A stretch of 64,000 bases of DNA, taken from assembly GCA_035527515.1 (NCBI GenBank), contig DATLAJ010000108.1, forward strand, positions 321 through 64,320. Direction: 5' to 3'. Made by a program: the position numbers and the translations under genes. How positions within the stretch are numbered: position 1 is the stretch's first letter; every line of letters starts with the position of its first letter. The stretch is from a bacterium. Lineage in GTDB: Bacteria; B130-G9. The notes under the pieces are model-generated. The model was not told where the DNA came from. It saw nothing but the letters and a program-made list of their open reading frames with translations, and searched no databases. This document shows positions 62,194-64,000 of this stretch, piece after piece.

Positions 62194-62673
62194 CTAGTCT
62201 GCTCGCCCGGCCCCGACCAGGATAGCGTTCAGGTTCGAGGGAACACGATGCCAGACCCGGTCACGGCGCTCCCATCGTTCGGTAACGACATTGGTAAGCG
62301 AGGTTGGGATGAGGGGAATGCTATACTCCAGCCAGACCTTGACCTCGGCTCGCTTTGAGTCTGTCTTCAGCTCAAGCCCTCTGATCTCGAAGCGCTCAAT
62401 GGACACCTGCGGGGCGACCGGGTCTCGCCTGCTGGCCTCGCCGCCTGACTCCTTTGCCTCGACTGAGGCGCAGCACTCCTCGGTATCCTGCCAGACTTTA
62501 CCTGCGACCCTCGCCTTCCAGTAAGCATTGACGCACGCCTTGAGCGAGTCGTATGCCGCCTGCCGCCTGTCCGCATCGCTCTGACAGCCCGGCAGAAGCA
62601 GCGAGGCCAAGAATAAGAAAAGGAGGGGACCGGCAAAGACCGATCCCCTCCTCGGTAGATTATCGTATTTCAT
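62194..62673 (-). CDS. Hypothetical lipoprotein
   Basis: Signal peptide plus lipobox 'LLLPGCQSD'. The small mixed alpha/beta body may be NTF2-like. No family recognised. Confidence 0.55.
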   Translation of the reverse strand: MKYDNLPRRGSVFAGPLLFLFLASLLLPGCQSDADRRQAAYDSLKACVNAYWKARVAGKVWQDTEECCASVEAKESGGEASRRDPVAPQVSIERFEIRGLELKTDSKRAEVKVWLEYSIPLIPTSLTNVVTERWERRDRVWHRVPSNLNAILVGAGRAD

Positions 62674-62685
62674 CCGAACCTAGCG

Positions 62686-64000
62686 TTACGGCCTGATCTC
62701 CATCGACGGAATGTCCGAAACAGCTATTATGTTCCAGGTGGTACCTGGCTCGACAAACGCCGCCGCCCAATAGTATGTGCCTTCCAAGCCGCCCGTCTCT
62801 GGTATGGGCATCAAGAGCAACGGGAATGGGTCCTCATGACCACCTGGCACGTAGCCTGACCAATAAGGTGTGGAGACAACCCACGGATTTCCGCTGATAC
62901 CGTTTATGAACAAGTAGCGGTTACCTGGGATCTGGACAACGATGTAAAGGTCAACGTAAACTGGGACGTCGCCCATATTAGTGTAGCCCACGCTGACCTG
63001 GAGCGTGTCACCCGGATGGAACATGTAGCCATTGAGCTCGAGCTCGATGTCCAACGTCGCCATCGCCCAAGTTGAATGGGCAAGCTCGGACACATTTCCA
63101 ACATTGTCCACCGCCTCATACGCGACCTTGTAGGTGCCTGGCACCGCTATCTCGAAGTCGCCTGCCCAGTAACCGCCGACCAACCTCGTAAGCGCGATAG
63201 GCGCCGCCGAAGAGGCGCTCGTGAATGGCTCTGCGCCCGGATCATAGCCCTCAGGCATCACTAGAGCATAGACCTGCGAGACCATGACGTCATCCTCAGC
63301 ACGGACCCAGAAGTCAACAGTCGTAGGAGTCGCGCCGCTGTCCGCAAAGGTCGTGCCCTCCGCGTAGTCGATTATGACCGGCGCCATGTCGCCCCTGATC
63401 GTCCAGCTTCCGATGCTCGTGGCCGGCGCTAGGCCAGCGTTATCGAACATCATCGGCTCCTGTGTCTCATGGAGGACCTTGGCCGAGTCGTAGGCCATAT
63501 CGAAGGCAGCGTCGATACTCTTATCAGAAGCGATCGCGGAGAAGAACTCAGCAACGAACAGGTCGCCGTTCTCCGTGCCCGGGTCCGGATATGTGTAACC
63601 ATCGGGCTCCGCGGCCGTGGAGATGAACACACTATCATTCATCGCGCCAAGATACTCCGCAAACCGCTGCGAAGCGTCGAAGGCCATAACACCAACTGTC
63701 TTCATCGCCGGCGCAAGGCTCTTCAACATCTCGACATCGCTGCGCAGCTTCGCATTCGACAAGTGATCCGCCACTTCCAGAGTAAAGAACGCACCCTGGT
63801 CTGCGGACTGGCCCATCATAACCAGATACAGAGTGCTGGGCGCGTTGCCCGCCTGAATCCTATCGATAAGCTCCGTGATGACGTCGTCATAGCCCGTCTC
63901 GTTGCACGGCCCATCCGCATACTTCGACTGCTCCATGCTGGTCAGATAGTAGATGTCATCATGGCTCAGACCTCTTCTCCGGAGAGTCTCATAGACGAAC
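62686..64000 (-). CDS. Hypothetical secreted protein, 5'-partial (reading frame open to the window edge), with C-terminal Ig-like 'GDT' module
   Basis: The frame stays open upstream of the listed ATG at 63936 ('FVYETLRRRGLSHDDIYYLTS-MEQ...'), so the gene probably begins beyond 64000. The C-terminal ~110 aa are homologous to modules in three other secreted proteins in this window. Confidence 0.6.
   Translation of the reverse strand, partial: FVYETLRRRGLSHDDIYYLTSMEQSKYADGPCNETGYDDVITELIDRIQAGNAPSTLYLVMMGQSADQGAFFTLEVADHLSNAKLRSDVEMLKSLAPAMKTVGVMAFDASQRFAEYLGAMNDSVFISTAAEPDGYTYPDPGTENGDLFVAEFFSAIASDKSIDAAFDMAYDSAKVLHETQEPMMFDNAGLAPATSIGSWTIRGDMAPVIIDYAEGTTFADSGATPTTVDFWVRAEDDVMVSQVYALVMPEGYDPGAEPFTSASSAAPIALTRLVGGYWAGDFEIAVPGTYKVAYEAVDNVGNVSELAHSTWAMATLDIELELNGYMFHPGDTLQVSVGYTNMGDVPVYVDLYIVVQIPGNRYLFINGISGNPWVVSTPYWSGYVPGGHEDPFPLLLMPIPETGGLEGTYYWAAAFVEPGTTWNIIAVSDIPSMEIRP

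Overview
This 64-kb window looks chromosomal, from a roughly 55-60% GC diderm bacterium. The diderm call rests on waaA/lpxK, a secretin and 'GFTLIE' prepilin-type pseudopilins. The lineage cannot be named by eye, but the repeat content and pilin style resemble PVC or candidate-phylum genomes. I support about 57 protein genes. I found no rRNA, tRNA, CRISPR array, transposase or integrase.

Main blocks:
- 10-6300: pgi, a DNA methyltransferase locus, an OPT transporter and tatA.
- 6391-14189: a partial flagellar set (fliO, fliN, fliL, two motB paralogs, motA, and an isolated fliP), interleaved with yjbQ, a sigma-70-family factor and a glycosyltransferase.
- 14178-20913: envelope and secreted proteins, including a Pmp-like beta-helix protein.
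- 21215-30991: a complete type IV pilus/T2SS-like operon.
- About 31090-34560: a low-GC islet with an isochorismatase-family gene, a palm-type nucleotide-cyclase-like gene next to an Rx4H HEPN protein, and a possibly frameshifted membrane protein.
- 34600-38328: secA, then two small toxin-antitoxin modules, one of them decayed.
- 38621-46670: an M23 peptidase, an SGNH hydrolase and large secreted proteins.
- 47228-51405: a PPDK paralog with a degenerate C-terminal active site, coupled to an unknown helical protein.
- 51440-62114: uppP, mreB-mreC-PBP1A-flhB'-like, a corrinoid protein plus homocysteine methyltransferase pair, and DUF374-waaA-lpxK.

The best candidate for an undescribed system is the cyclase-like/HEPN pair at 32225-33863. 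Three intergenic regions carry dense GC-rich hairpin or repeat arrays.

All product calls come from reading motifs in the supplied translations. No database search was run.
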